The translations under genes were made by a program, and so were the position numbers. The notes beneath the pieces are model-generated. The model was not told the origin of the DNA. It did not search any database and saw only the letters and a program-made list of their open reading frames with translations. This document shows, piece by piece, positions 1-12,800 of a stretch of DNA of 64,000 nt (positions are counted from its first letter, which is position 1; each line of letters begins with the position of its first letter). The stretch comes from Malacoraja senta (lineage: Eukaryota): positions 3,784,001-3,848,000 of the forward strand of contig CM075993.1 of assembly GCA_038087875.1 (NCBI GenBank), given 5' to 3'.

Positions 1-429
1 AGGAACTCAGCTGGTCGGGCAGCATCTATAAAGGGAATGGACTCCAGAAACTGAAGAAAGACCCCGTCCATTTCCCTCTGTGGACGCTTGCCTGGCCTGC
101 TGAGTTCCTCCAGAGGAAAAAAAAACAGTGCTAGTTCATAGAAACATAGAAACATAGAAATTAGGTGCAGGAGTAGGCCATTCGGCCCTTCGAGCCTGCA
201 CCGCCATTCAATATGATCATGGCTGAGCTGGTGGGAGCCATCCTTAGACAACCCAATTCCAATGGGATATGGTGGGGAAACAATTTTATTTGCCCAGCCA
301 GTACCCAACTCTGGGAGCCTGGGTTGCTTTCTCTGGATGGAGGATGGGGGGTCTTGAGTAGGGATGGGGGTGGGGAGGGGCTATGTTGAGCTAATTGGTC
401 AAACCCCCTGCTAAAGGGGGTATATATTC

Positions 430-761
430 ACCAATCATAGCCCAGCAGGATTGGACATACCCCCTAACAGACGTAACTATGGGAACCAATGACGCCTCCC
501 CAACGTCTCAAACGTTGCCATGGGTGTTGTCTATGAGCTGAATACACTAAACCCCCTTGCTGGGGTTAACAAATCAAGTTATACGGTTGCTCTGGTGCAG
601 GAAGGGCGGGCGTCTCATCAGCTGGAGGGAAAAGGGCAGAACACATCCTAGAGAGGGGGAACTAGTGGTTAAATTAGAGCTATTACAACTGCAACGGGGA
701 TTGCAGCTCAAAATCCAGAACAGAAGTCCAAAGTAAAGAGGAAACTAACTTCAAACCAACC
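430..761 (+). promoter_or_regulatory. Putative SORD-like promoter/5'UTR
   Basis: CCAAT at 431 and 486, GC box GGGCGG at 604-609, X-box-like GTAACTATGGGAAC at 473-486 and GTTGCCATGG at 514-523, CRE half-site TGACG at 490-494. Confidence 0.45.
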
Positions 762-812
762 ATGTCGCAGGAGAATCTAGCGTTAGTCTTGGCCTGTGGA
801 GAGCTGAAACTG
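762..812 (+). CDS. SORD: SORD-like exon 1 ([17 protein letters not shown])
   Basis: Good Kozak context ccaaccATG; resembles the SORD N-terminus NLSLVVHGPGDLRL; phase-0 donor CTG|gtaatc. Confidence 0.8.
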
Positions 813-3800
813 GTAATCAAACGACTTCCTATTTACCCTTTTACAGCTTCTCTTGTATGAAGTCATGAGGTCGAAGTCGACACAATTATCGGGGGGTGGG
901 TGGGATTCCGATATCAATGCACATCTCACAGCGTCAGGGTCCCTGGTCCCTGTTTCCTCGGGAGGATCTCAGCAGGGGCCAGGCAAGCAAGCATCCACGG
1001 ATGGAAATGGACAGAAGGGTCGGGGATCCTTCTTCAGACTCTTCAGTCCATTCCCTTCCCAGATGCTGGTTCGATCCTGAGCTCGGTCGCTGTGTCTGTG
1101 TGGAGTTTGTACCTTCACCCCCACATCCCACACAGGGGTTTGTACCCTAATTGACCTCTGCGAATCGCTCCCCCCCTCCTAGTGAACGCGAAAGTGGGAT
1201 AGTATAGATCTGAGTGGGGGGGGGGAAGAGTGATCGGTGGTCGGCATGGACTAGGTGGGCGGAAGGGTCTGATTCCACGCTGTGACTCTAGACTAACGTG
1301 CATTAAGGAGTAATGTACAGCCCTGGTACAAGTTCTGGGACAGTAGTTAAATGGTGGTGGAATTGTGGGGTCGAGTTGAGCCTTAGTGTCCATCCCAGCT
1401 TTGCTATCAGTCCGCTGCTAGCTTGGATGCAAGGTAGCGTGGCTGCCCGTGAAAACCCCGTTGACGGGGGCAAGGTAATCTTCCCCTATTGTTGTCAATG
1501 CATGACAGGACTGTATGTCACAGCGCAGTGACACCGGCCCCCCATCTACACCGCAGCGCCGCTGTTCAACGCCCTTGTTCAACAGAGACAGAGTAGGTAG
1601 ATCAGTGCCTATTAAATCTTACAATCTGGTCAGATTAGATAAAAGATAAATCAAGTGAGTTTATTGTCATGTGTCCCTGATAGGACAATGAAATTCTTGC
1701 TTTGATTCAGCACAACAGAACATAGTAGGCATTGACTACAAGGCATGCTATAAATATATATACACACATGAATCAAGATACTGATAAAGTGCAAATAACA
1801 GTTAATTGGCTAATAAAGTTCAGTGTTTTGTCCGAGCCAGGTTTAATAGCCTGATTGATGGCTGTGGGGAAGTAGCTATTCCTGAACCTGGTCGTTGCAG
1901 TCTTCAGGCTCAGATAAGAGAGAGTTAGATAGAGCTCTGGGGGCTAGTGGGATTGATGGCTATGGGGAAGTAGCTATTCCCGAACATGGTCGTTGCAGTC
2001 TTCAGGCATCAGATAAGAGAGAGTTAGATAGAGCTCTGGGGGCTAGTGGGATTGATGGCTATGGGGAAGTAGCTATTCCCGAACATGGTCGTTGCAGTCT
2101 TCAGGCATCAGATAAGAGAGAGTTAGATAGAGCTCTGGGGGCTAGTGGGATTGATGGCTGGGTGGGGGGGGGGGGGGGAAGTAGCTATTCCCGAACATGG
2201 TCGTTGCAGTCTTCAGGCTCAGATAAGAGAGAGTTAGATAGAGCTCTGGGAGCTAGTGGGATTGATGGCTGTGGGGAAGCAGCTATTCCTGAACCTGGTC
2301 GTTGCAGTCTTCAGGCTCAGATAAGAGAGAGTTAGATAGAGCTCTGGGGGCTAGTGAATCAAGGGATATGGGGAGAAGGCAGTCCCGGGTTATTGATTGG
2401 GGGACGATCAGCCATGATCACAATGAATGGCGGTGCTGGATCGAAGGGCCGAATGGCCTCCTCCTGCACCTATTTTCTATGTTTCTAAAAACCGAAGGTT
2501 TTCTTGGTCACAAAGGCAGGAGATGTATTCAGTACAATTTAAAAAAACAAGGAGAAATCTCCAAGATTTTCATTTTCTCCCTGGAATTTGCACCTTAAAG
2601 GAATCTAAAATACTTGTATCGACAGTCCTACCATGACAGTGTGATGGCTTCTTATGTATATATTCTTCATTTAATTGTTTTTTCCATCAATCAAGCTAAT
2701 GTCTCTTGCTTCGCATCCTATGTGGTGCAAAGGATGATAACTCCAGCATTCTTCCCCCTAAGAATAAGTAGATGATACTCCATCCAGCACACAAAGCAAG
2801 ATCATGGAGGCGAATGCTTGAAAGAATGAAGGTGGACACAAAGTGCTGGAGTAACTCAGCGGGACAGGCAGCATCTCTGGAGAGAAGGAATGGGTGACGT
2901 TTCGGGTCGAGACCCTTCTTCAGAATGAGACAATGAGTCTTATTGTCACAAAAATGCTGGTGCAGTGGCTACAAGGAAAGCAGTGATGTTGTACAAGAAG
3001 ACATGAAGACTGAAGACATTAAGAGGGTTTTGTAGGGATCGGGAGCATTCAACTTATGGGTGGATGTGATATTCAATTATTCATACCAGGTTATATTTAA
3101 TAGAAACCTGTGCAGATCGAGTCTAATTTTAGCCACCACCTTGTATACTATACAAGGTATTAAGAAGAATTCCAGCCCTTTAACATTCTTGTCAAAGACT
3201 ACCTAAGAAATGTAGAAGCAATTCTGGAGCTAACTCACTCTGAGAAATTTACTGCCGACAAAAAATGCTGGAGAAACTCAGCGGGTGAGGCAGCATCTTT
3301 GGAGAAAAGGAGTAGGTGACATTTCGGGTCGAGACTACTAGTTTTAGTAATAATTTTGTGGTTTCAAAATCCGCATCGTTTTCTATTGAAGAAAATCCTA
3401 CCCAGGTTTCAGAACTTCCATGTTTTCCCAATTTTTGATCAACATTGCAGAATTATGGATCTGTGTTTTAGACAAGATCTCATCGCCAAACAGCATTGAT
3501 GAGTCAGTTTTTTTCCGTGGAATTCTAATGTTCTGATGGCTAGGGATTAGGTTGGTTTCGTCTGACAATTTTCCAATGACTCTGCACCTGTTTATTGCAA
3601 CAAATGAATCACAGGGCTTATGCACCAGCACAAGGAGTGTTACAAAGAAAGATAACAGAAATTAGTCCTTGGAAGAAAGAAAGAAGAGAATATATTGTTT
3701 AAGAAAGAACTGCAGATGCTGGTAATATCGAAGTTAGACACAAAATGCTGGAGAAACTCAGCGGGTGAGGCAGCACCTATGGAGAGAAGGAATTGGCGAC

Positions 3801-6800
3801 ATTTCTGGTCGAGACCCCTCTTTGGACTGATGTCAGGGAAGGAGGGGGTAGGACAAAGAAAGAATGTAGGTGGAGACAGTGGGACTAGTGGGAGAACTGG
3901 GAGGGGTTGGGGGGGGGGATGAAGAGAGAGAGAGAGCTACCTGAAGTTAGAGAAGTCAATGTTCATACCGCTGGGGTGTAAACTACCCAAGTGAAATATG
4001 AGGTGCCGTTCCTCCAATTTGCGCTGGGCCTCACTCTGACAATGGAGGAGGCCCAGGACAGGAAGGTCAGATTGGGAATGCGAGGGAGAGTTGAAGTGCT
4101 GAGCCACCGGGAGATCAGTTTGGTTAAGACGGGTGTGTTCAGCGAAACGATTGCCGCGCCTGCGCTTGGTCTCGCCGCTGTTGAGAAGTTGACTCCTGGA
4201 ACAGCAGATGCAGTAGATGAGGTTGGAGGAGAGGTGCAAGTGAACCTCTGCCTCACCTGGAAAGACTGTTTGGGTCCTTGGATGGAGTCGAGGGGGGGGG
4301 GAGGTAAAGAGACAGATGTTGCATCTCCTGCGGTTGCAGGGAAAAGTACCTGGGGAGGGGGGTGGTTTGGGTGGGAAGGGACGAGTTGACCAGGGAGTTA
4401 CGGAGGGATCACTCTCTGCGGGAAGCAGAAAGGGGTGTAGATGGGAAGATATGGCCATTAGTGGGATGCCTTTGGAGGTGGCGAAAATGTTGGAGGATTA
4501 TATGCTGTATATGACGGCTGATGGGGTGGAAGGTGAGGACAAGGGGGACTCTGTCCTTGTTACCAGAGGGGGGAGGGGTGAGTAAGAGCAGAGCTGTGGG
4601 ATATTGAGGAGACCCTAGTGCCTCATCTATAATGGAAGAGGGGAACCCCCGTTCCCTAAAGATTGAGGACATCTCCAATGCCCTGGTATGAAAAACCTTG
4701 TCCTGGGCACAGATCTGGGCATAGACAGAGGAATTGGGAGTGGGGGATAGTCTTTACAAGAAGAAGGGTGGGAAGAAGTATAGTCCAGATAGCTCTGGGA
4801 GTCAGTAGGTTTGTAGATGTCAGTCAATAGTCTGTTTCCTGTGATGGAGACGGTGAGATCTAGAAAAGGTAGGGAGGCGTCGGAGAAGTGAATTGGAGTG
4901 CAGGATGGAAATTAGTGGTGAAGTTGATGAAGTCAGTGAGTTCTGCATGGGTGCAGGAGGTAGCACCAATGCAGTCGTCAATGTAGGGGCAGTAGAGTTC
5001 CTGGGATAGGGCCAGTGTACGCCTGGAACAGAGATTGTTCGACGTACCCTGCAAAGAGGCAGGCATAGCTTGGGCCCATGCGAGTGCCCGTAGCTACGCC
5101 TTGGATCTGGAGGAAGTAGGAGGAGTCGAAGGAGAAGTTGTTAAGGGTAAGGACCAGCTCCGCTAGGCGGAGGAGAGTATTGGTGGACGGAAATTGGCTG
5201 GTTCTGCGGTCGAGGAAGAAACGGTGGGCTTTAAGACCCTCCTGGTGGGGGATGGAGGTGTAGAGTGACTGGACATCCATAGTAAAGATGAGGGAATGGG
5301 GGCCTGGAAAACAGAAGTCATTGAAGGGACGAAGAGCGTGTGAGGTGTCTTGGGCGTAGGTAGGGAGGGATTGGACCAGGGGGGATAGGATGGAGTCGAG
5401 GTATGTGGAAATTAATTCGGTAGGGCATGCACAAGCAGAAACGATGGGTCTGCCAGGACAGTTCATTTTGTGGATTTAGTGGAGAAGATAAAATCGGGCC
5501 GTGCGGGGCTGGGGAACGATAAGTTTGGAGGCTTTAGTGGGCAGAGAGCCGGAAGTGATGAAGTCAGTAATGGTGTGTGATATTAAGGCCTGGTCTGTGG
5601 GGTCATGGTCCAAGGATAAGTAGGAGTAGGAGGAGGAGGTGTCTGAGAGTTGTCGGCTGGCCTCAGTCTGGCAGACGTCAGCGCGCCAGACTACCACGGC
5701 GCCTCCCCTGTCGGCGGGTTTGATTACCAAGTCGGGGTTGCTGCAGAGGGAGCGGAGGGCTGTACGTTCGGGGGGGTTAGAGTAGGTAAGGGGAGTGGAA
5801 AATTTGAGGCGTTCGATGTCCTGCCGGCAGCTGGAAAGTATTATTACCTGGACCCAATTTTTTTAGTGACTTTGATCGATACATTCTAGAGTAATGTCAC
5901 AGAGGCTGCTCTGCTCGAGACGTTAACTTGATCGATTAAAAGACCACCTTAATGAAGACTATGTCCGCATAAGAAGCCCTCAAGCTGCCATGATAGGACT
6001 GTAGATACAATTATTTTAGATTCCTTTGCCAATTCGAGGAGAAAATGAAAAGCTGTGAGATTTGTCTTTGTTTTTAAGGGTCTCCTGCCTTTATGGTTGA
6101 GGGAGAGACACAAGATTTGCTCATCTTTGTGCGTGCTTGGGCTAATGGACTGTTGAAGGAGACTTCTTGACTCCCAAGTGAGACAATGAATTCATGGGCT
6201 TGAGTTCATGTGTAATTAACAGCTGGAATCTTTTTTCAAATAAGTTATTCCAGGAAAAACCTTATCTCTTTCTATAAAGAACTTTTCCTCTCTTCATAGG
6301 AAAAGCGTCCAGTTCCAGAGTTATGCCCTGGTGGTGAGTTTACCTTTCCTATTTAAACAGCACATTGTTCTGTCTAATCCTTGTATTGTGTTTAAGTGTT
6401 GAATCTTAGCGAGAACATTCTATAAAGCTGTAAATTAATCTGGCCTGAAAGAATTATCTCAAAGTCTTTATTCCTTTATGACTGCACACTTGGTTCCTTA
6501 GAATCAAACTGGGATTGCAGAGCAGGAATGAAAACGTATTATGCCATTAAGTTTCCATTTATTGTGTGGAATGCAAGACTTTCAGAGTCACAACACTCCC
6601 CCGATATGTTAATTGATACATTATAGATAGCATTGTCTATCATTGTCTGGCAAGCTGTCTTCCGGCCATTCAGGACATTTTCCACAGGTGGTGCCTGCGG
6701 AAGGCACACAGCATCATCACGGACCACAGCCACCCAGCACACAGACTGTTATTGTCAGGCAGACGATATAGGAGGTAGACAAAAATGCTGGAGAAACTCA

Positions 6801-9800
6801 GCGGGTGCAGCAGCATCTATGGAGCGAAGGAAATAGGCAACTTTTCGGGCCGAAACCCTTCTTCAGACTGATAGAGTCTCCGGAGAGAGGAGGAGAACTT
6901 CTTCAAAGTAGGCATACCTTGAGGAGATTTCGCAGTGGAGTATAGACAAAGTGTTTAAGAAGGAACTGCAGATGCTGGAAAATCGAAGGTAGACAAAAAT
7001 GCTGGAGAAACTCAGCGGGTGCAGCAGCATCTATGGAGCGAAGGAAATAGGCAACGTACCACAAGAGTTATGGCCCTGTCCCACGGTACCAGTTCATTCC
7101 AAGAGCTCTCCCGAGTTTTAAAATAATCAAAGTCGTGCTATGCTCGGAGAATGAACGTAGCGGGTACGTCGGAGCTCGGGGACGTCTCTTAGCGGCTCGT
7201 AACGCAAACGGCAGGTACTCGGGAAGACTCGCTAACGGCTGGTAAGCTCGGGAAGACTCGTGAAGATTTTTCAACATGTTGAAAAATGTCCCCGAGAGCC
7301 CCGAGTACCGACGAGCGGCCATTACCGTAAATCAGGGCAAACTCGGGAGAGCTCTTGGAATGAACTCGTACCGTGGGACAGGGTCATTAAGAACAGTTTT
7401 TACCATCAGGCCATCAGGCTTCTGAACTCATAAACTCGTCATATATGTTGATTATTTTATTTATTATTGTCCTTTACCTACCAATGTCACTCTTATCCTA
7501 TCTTTTTTTATCATATTTTTATCCTTGTAATATCATGGCTGTGACACGTCGCCTTGTCGAACACATTTCATTGTACCATTGACCCTGTGTTAATCTACAT
7601 ATGACAAATACATAATAGAACTGAACTGTCAACTGTCATTGTAGAGAGCTGAGCATGTCAAGAAGAAATGAGTCAGCATTAAACCGCAGTATCTGTAACT
7701 TTGAGAAAGTAGCACTTTCTTTATCTGATGCTTGGAGTTTGCACGTACTCCCTCTGACCATGTGGCCTTCTGGTTTCCTCCCACGTTCCAAAGATGTGCT
7801 GGTGAGTGGGTTAATCGACTACAAATGTGCATTATTACCCCCACGACCGGTGGCTGGAAGGAGAGTTGGGGAATAGAGACAAGTCTCTCTGCATGTGAGA
7901 GAGACTGGTTTATACATAAATAAATGGTCATGGATAGCTCTGAGATTGGACGTAGACTTGATGGCCAAATGACCTCATACTTTGATGCAAGGAAATAATT
8001 GTTGCACCCTCCTGTTTTATTTTTGGGGAGATATTTATTTTAATAAATACATTAATTTTGTTACACCAACTTTCTTACTACCATGACCCCCCACCAACCA
8101 CCTACCCCACAAGATATTGGCCTGTATTTTCCAATCAGCACCAGACCAGAAGGGAAGGAACCTCAATGATTTGGGTTTAATGGGTTCCTTGTTTTGCCAT
8201 TTGTAGCTGGTGTTACGCCTCGGCTTTAGCAAGACCCCAACTTTAAGCTGACTCAGCGACTTGGTATTTAGAGAAATTCTTACAGAGACCAAACTTGGAA
8301 ATAAAGAGTGTAGGAAGGAACTGCAGATGTTGGTTTAAACCAAAGATGGACATTAAAAGCTGGAGTAACTCAGCGGGACAGGCAGCATCTCTGGAGAGAA
8401 GTAATGGGTGACGTTTTGGGTCGAGGCCTTTCTTCAGACTGAAGGAGGGTCTCGACCCGAAACGTCACCCATTCCTTCTCTCCAGAGATGCTGCCTGTGT
8501 CCCGCGAGTTACTCCAGCCTCTGGTGTCCATCTTTGGAAATAATGAGTACAATTTGTAATTAATTCTGGTCTCCTTAAGGGCCTGTCCCACTTGGGTGTT
8601 ATTTGCGCGTCATTTACGCGATATAATTTACGCGTCACGATGCACGACGTGCGCATGGCTCGTGGTGAGGCGTGGTGACGTAGGCAGTGATGCGCGGTAG
8701 CGCGCGGCACCTCAGGATTTTGGGATTCTCAAAATCCTCGCACGCCGCCTGCGTGACACGCAAATGACACCCAAGTGGGACAGGCCCTTAAGACAGGAAA
8801 TGTTTAACACAGAAGGCAGTGTGACAAAGATTCACCAGACTGAATCTAAGGATGGTGGGTTTTAGTTTATGAGAAAAGACTGAATAAGAGTAATATTTTG
8901 CAGAATTCAGAGGAATGTGAATGCCTACGACATTTTAGAAAGCCATGACAGGCTTGATGCTGAGAGGAAGGACTTAAGGGGGGGGGGGTGAAGGGTACAG
9001 TCAGAGAGTAGTGGGCAAGCCATTTAGACTGAGGTGAAGAATCATTTCTTCACTGAAATGGTGGTGAACCTTTGGAATGGTCTACCATGGAAGGAAGTGG
9101 AGCCTCGGTCACCGTGTTAATTCAGACAAGGTTCTGCGCATTAAGAGAAACAAAAGATAAAAGGGGATAATGTTGGTGGAACAGCATTGATGTGGAAGAT
9201 CTGGCTCGAAGGGCCAATTCACCCTCTTCCTACTCCCATTTCTAGCTTTATTTTAAATCAGAATTGAAAAATCTGGGCCATTAATTTACCAAAATAACTT
9301 GCCATAACTATGAGGTTTATTGGTGGCTTCCTCTGAGAGGTAATATTAGCAAGGAGATCAGGCCAGGTAAAATGATCAACATGACCTTCGGTACATTGTT
9401 TTAAATGTGTGTTTCAATGTTTCTAGGTTAGTCTATGTGGGAGGGAGGGGGTAATAGAGGGAAACTTTTTTTCAGTCACTTACCTCGACGGAGATGCGAA
9501 TCTTTCAGTCTCATCCCCCCCCCACCCGCGGCCTAACAATTAGATTGGCGCAGGCGCGGCGCGGATTTTAACATCGCGGTGCTGCTATCCTTTGCCGAGG
9601 ATCGCCAGAAGAAGTGCTCCGACCTGTGGACTTTCAACATCGTGAAGCCGCGGTCTCCGGTAAGAAGCGGCCGACTCGGGAACTCCATATGTTCCGATCT
9701 GTCCCGATGTCGGAGTTTCGATCATCCCGACGCGAGGGCCTGAACATCGGACCGTCTGTTGCGGCGAACTGCGGAGGGTTCAGAGGCCCCGACCACGGGT

Positions 9801-12800
9801 GAACGAAGGAGGAAGATGGCTGAACTTTATTGCCTTCCATCACAGTGAGGAATGTGAATTCCACTGTGGTGGATGTTGATGTTAAATTTTATTTTATGTG
9901 GGTATTGTGTTCTTTTCACTTAGTATGGCTCCATGGGAACTCAAATTTCACTGTACCTTAATCGGCTAAGTGACAATGAATGCAAACTTGAACTTGACCT
10001 TGAATTAAAATCAGGTTCAAGATTTCAGATTCCACGTCGCACTTGCAAAAATTCATTCAAGGAAGTAGTTCCCTCATGCAATAGAATGATGCCATCAGGA
10101 AAACTGTATGGATGTACCTCATGCCAGTATTTTCTGAGCAAATAGTTCCCCATTCCTGTCCAATTTTTCATATGGAAAATTGTGTGTGTGTGTTTAGTTA
10201 ACTAATCTATTACGCACGCTGTCCTTTGCAAATATTCCAAGCATTTCGTTTCCCAATGCTCCACTGACATTAATTTTTTGTTGTGCCAACAAGTTGGCAT
10301 TTCTTGATGGAGTGCCCGCAATCTTCATCTGAAACTATGTTAGTTAGACCTAGGCACCTCCTATATACGTTCAACTGAGACTCTAGATCAGCGTTTCTTA
10401 ACATTTTTACCCATGCGGAAACATTGAAATATATATATATATATTTTTAAAATAATATTTTTATTAAAGCATGTGCATATCATAAAACAAACATTTCTTA
10501 TATATCAATCCTACGTTGCTAATAGGTGGGAATCCAGCTATCAAAATAATAGCGGTCCTCCTTCATCAGTTGTATATTAACTCTGCTTCTATTTAGTTTT
10601 TTTTAATAGATAGAAAGTGAGAAATTTAAAAAAAGGCATAATAAAGAAGAAAGGAGTAATTTACCAATAATACAACTTTGGAGATAGGTCCGTAAGTTAT
10701 AAAGTAGCAATGTTACAAAATTTTGAGATTTTAAAAATAAAGTCTGCAATTTATCCCATCAGATAAAGCATAAAAAGAAGTTTAATTTGACACCTAATTC
10801 ACTTTCATATCTTCAGTATTAAAGAAGTTATGGCCATTTTCATACTCGGAAATTAGCATCTTGTTCCCTATTGCTTTTCCATTGACTTAACACAAAAGCT
10901 GTGATCGAGGACAGTCAAAAGCCCATAACTTTCTTAAAAATTAAGATAACTGAAAGAAATTTTCAGTTATTATAGATTGAAGCATTCTGAAACAAATATG
11001 AAACAATCTTACTTAGAAGACATGAAAGTAAAGCATATAATTAGTTAGTTACCTAATTGTAGCTAATTACAAAATTCAATTACTAGATCTAAACATCTAT
11101 CAATTTCTTAAGAATAGATTAACATTTTTAAATAGCCTAAGTGTCCAAATAACATTCACACAATAATTCACAATATAACATAATTTTTAAATCTCATTTT
11201 CATGAATTTACAGGCCAAATGGAAGGAATTGAATGTTTAATACCTGTAAATTAATGGGCATTTAAATCATCTTGTGAGTGAGGATTTCTGGAACGCGATC
11301 TTTTGGAACGTTCATTTGCGGTGAATTTAACCCCGTATTGGCATGAAAAATACTGCCGTTAGTTCGGGGAATAAAATCACCGTGTCGCATGAAAAAATGT
11401 GAATTAAAGGCTTCTTAAGAAGCACTTTTATACATTTAAAGAAACCACTTTCGTTTACCTGTCCCGTGTGTGAAATCCGTCCCCGTTATCGGCGTTGACG
11501 CTTCAGGAGCTGATTTTAAAATTACTCTAGCGCTGACATTGACGATTTAATAAAAATAAAAAATACACAAAACGCCACTAGGAACGATTCTTCAGCCAAA
11601 GCTTGTACTCCAACAAAATATTAACCAGGACAAGGGAGGAGAAACCCGCGTTTTAACCCCGCCCCCCCTTAAAGGCGCCAAAATCGCGCACACGGCCAGT
11701 GGCAGAATTACAGCGCGACTGAAGGTAAGTTTTGTAACATACCTATATAAAGCATAAACTATTCATGTAATCCTGAGCTCGAGTTTCAGTCAGATTCCCG
11801 TGCTGAACCAATTTACCCCTTCAAAAAATCAATAAATGGAGACTATATTCTATCAAATAATTCTTGTTTGTCAATTCCAAATGTAAGGTCTCAGACAATT
11901 CCATAATCCACATTTTAATTGTGTGGGTTACAGAACCTTTCCAAAATTTTAATATTCATTTTTTCCCAGTTATTATACTATAGTCAAGGAAGTTTCTTTG
12001 GTTTGTTGTAACATAGAAACATAGACATAGAAACATAGAAAATAGGTGCACGAGTAGGCCATTCGGCCCTTCGAGCCTGCACCGCCATTCAATATGATCA
12101 TGGCTGATCATCCAACTCAGTATCCTGTACCTGCTTTCTCTCCATACCCCCTGATCCCTTTAGCCACAAGGGCCACATCTAACTCCCTCTTAAAGCCAAT
12201 GAACTGGCCTCAACTACCTTCTGTGGCAGAGAATTCCAGAGATTCACCACTCTCTGTGTGAAAAATGTTTTCCTCATCTCGGTCCTAAAAGATTTCACCC
12301 TTATCCTTAAACTGTGACCCCTTGTCCTGGACTTCCCCAACATCGGGAACAATCTTCCTGCATCTAGCCTGTGCAACCCCTTAAGAAGTTTGTACGTTTC
12401 TATAAGATCCCCCCTCAATCTTCTAAATTCTAGCGAGTACAAACCGAGTCTATCCAGTCTTTCTTCATATGAAAGTCCTGACATCCCAGGAATCAGTCTG
12501 GTGAACCTTCTCTGTACTCCCTCTATGGCAGGAATGTATTTCCTCAGATTAGGTAAGTCTTAGGCTTTGTTCTGATATTCCTAATATTATTAGTTTTGAG
12601 TCGGGATCCAATTGGGTATTGACAACTTCAGAAATTATTCTGAAAATGTCCGTCCAGACCTATCTCCAAAGTTGTATTATTGGTAAATTACTCCTTTCTT
12701 CTTTATTATGCCTTTTTTAAAATTTGATTTTAGACTGACGTTAAATTTTAGTTGTGCCAACCAGTTGGCATTTCTTGATGGAGTGCCCGCAATCTTCATC

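Noticed and set aside
1895..2335. 146-aa repetitive ORF
   Set aside because: By-product of the roughly 99-bp LINE-derived tandem repeat.
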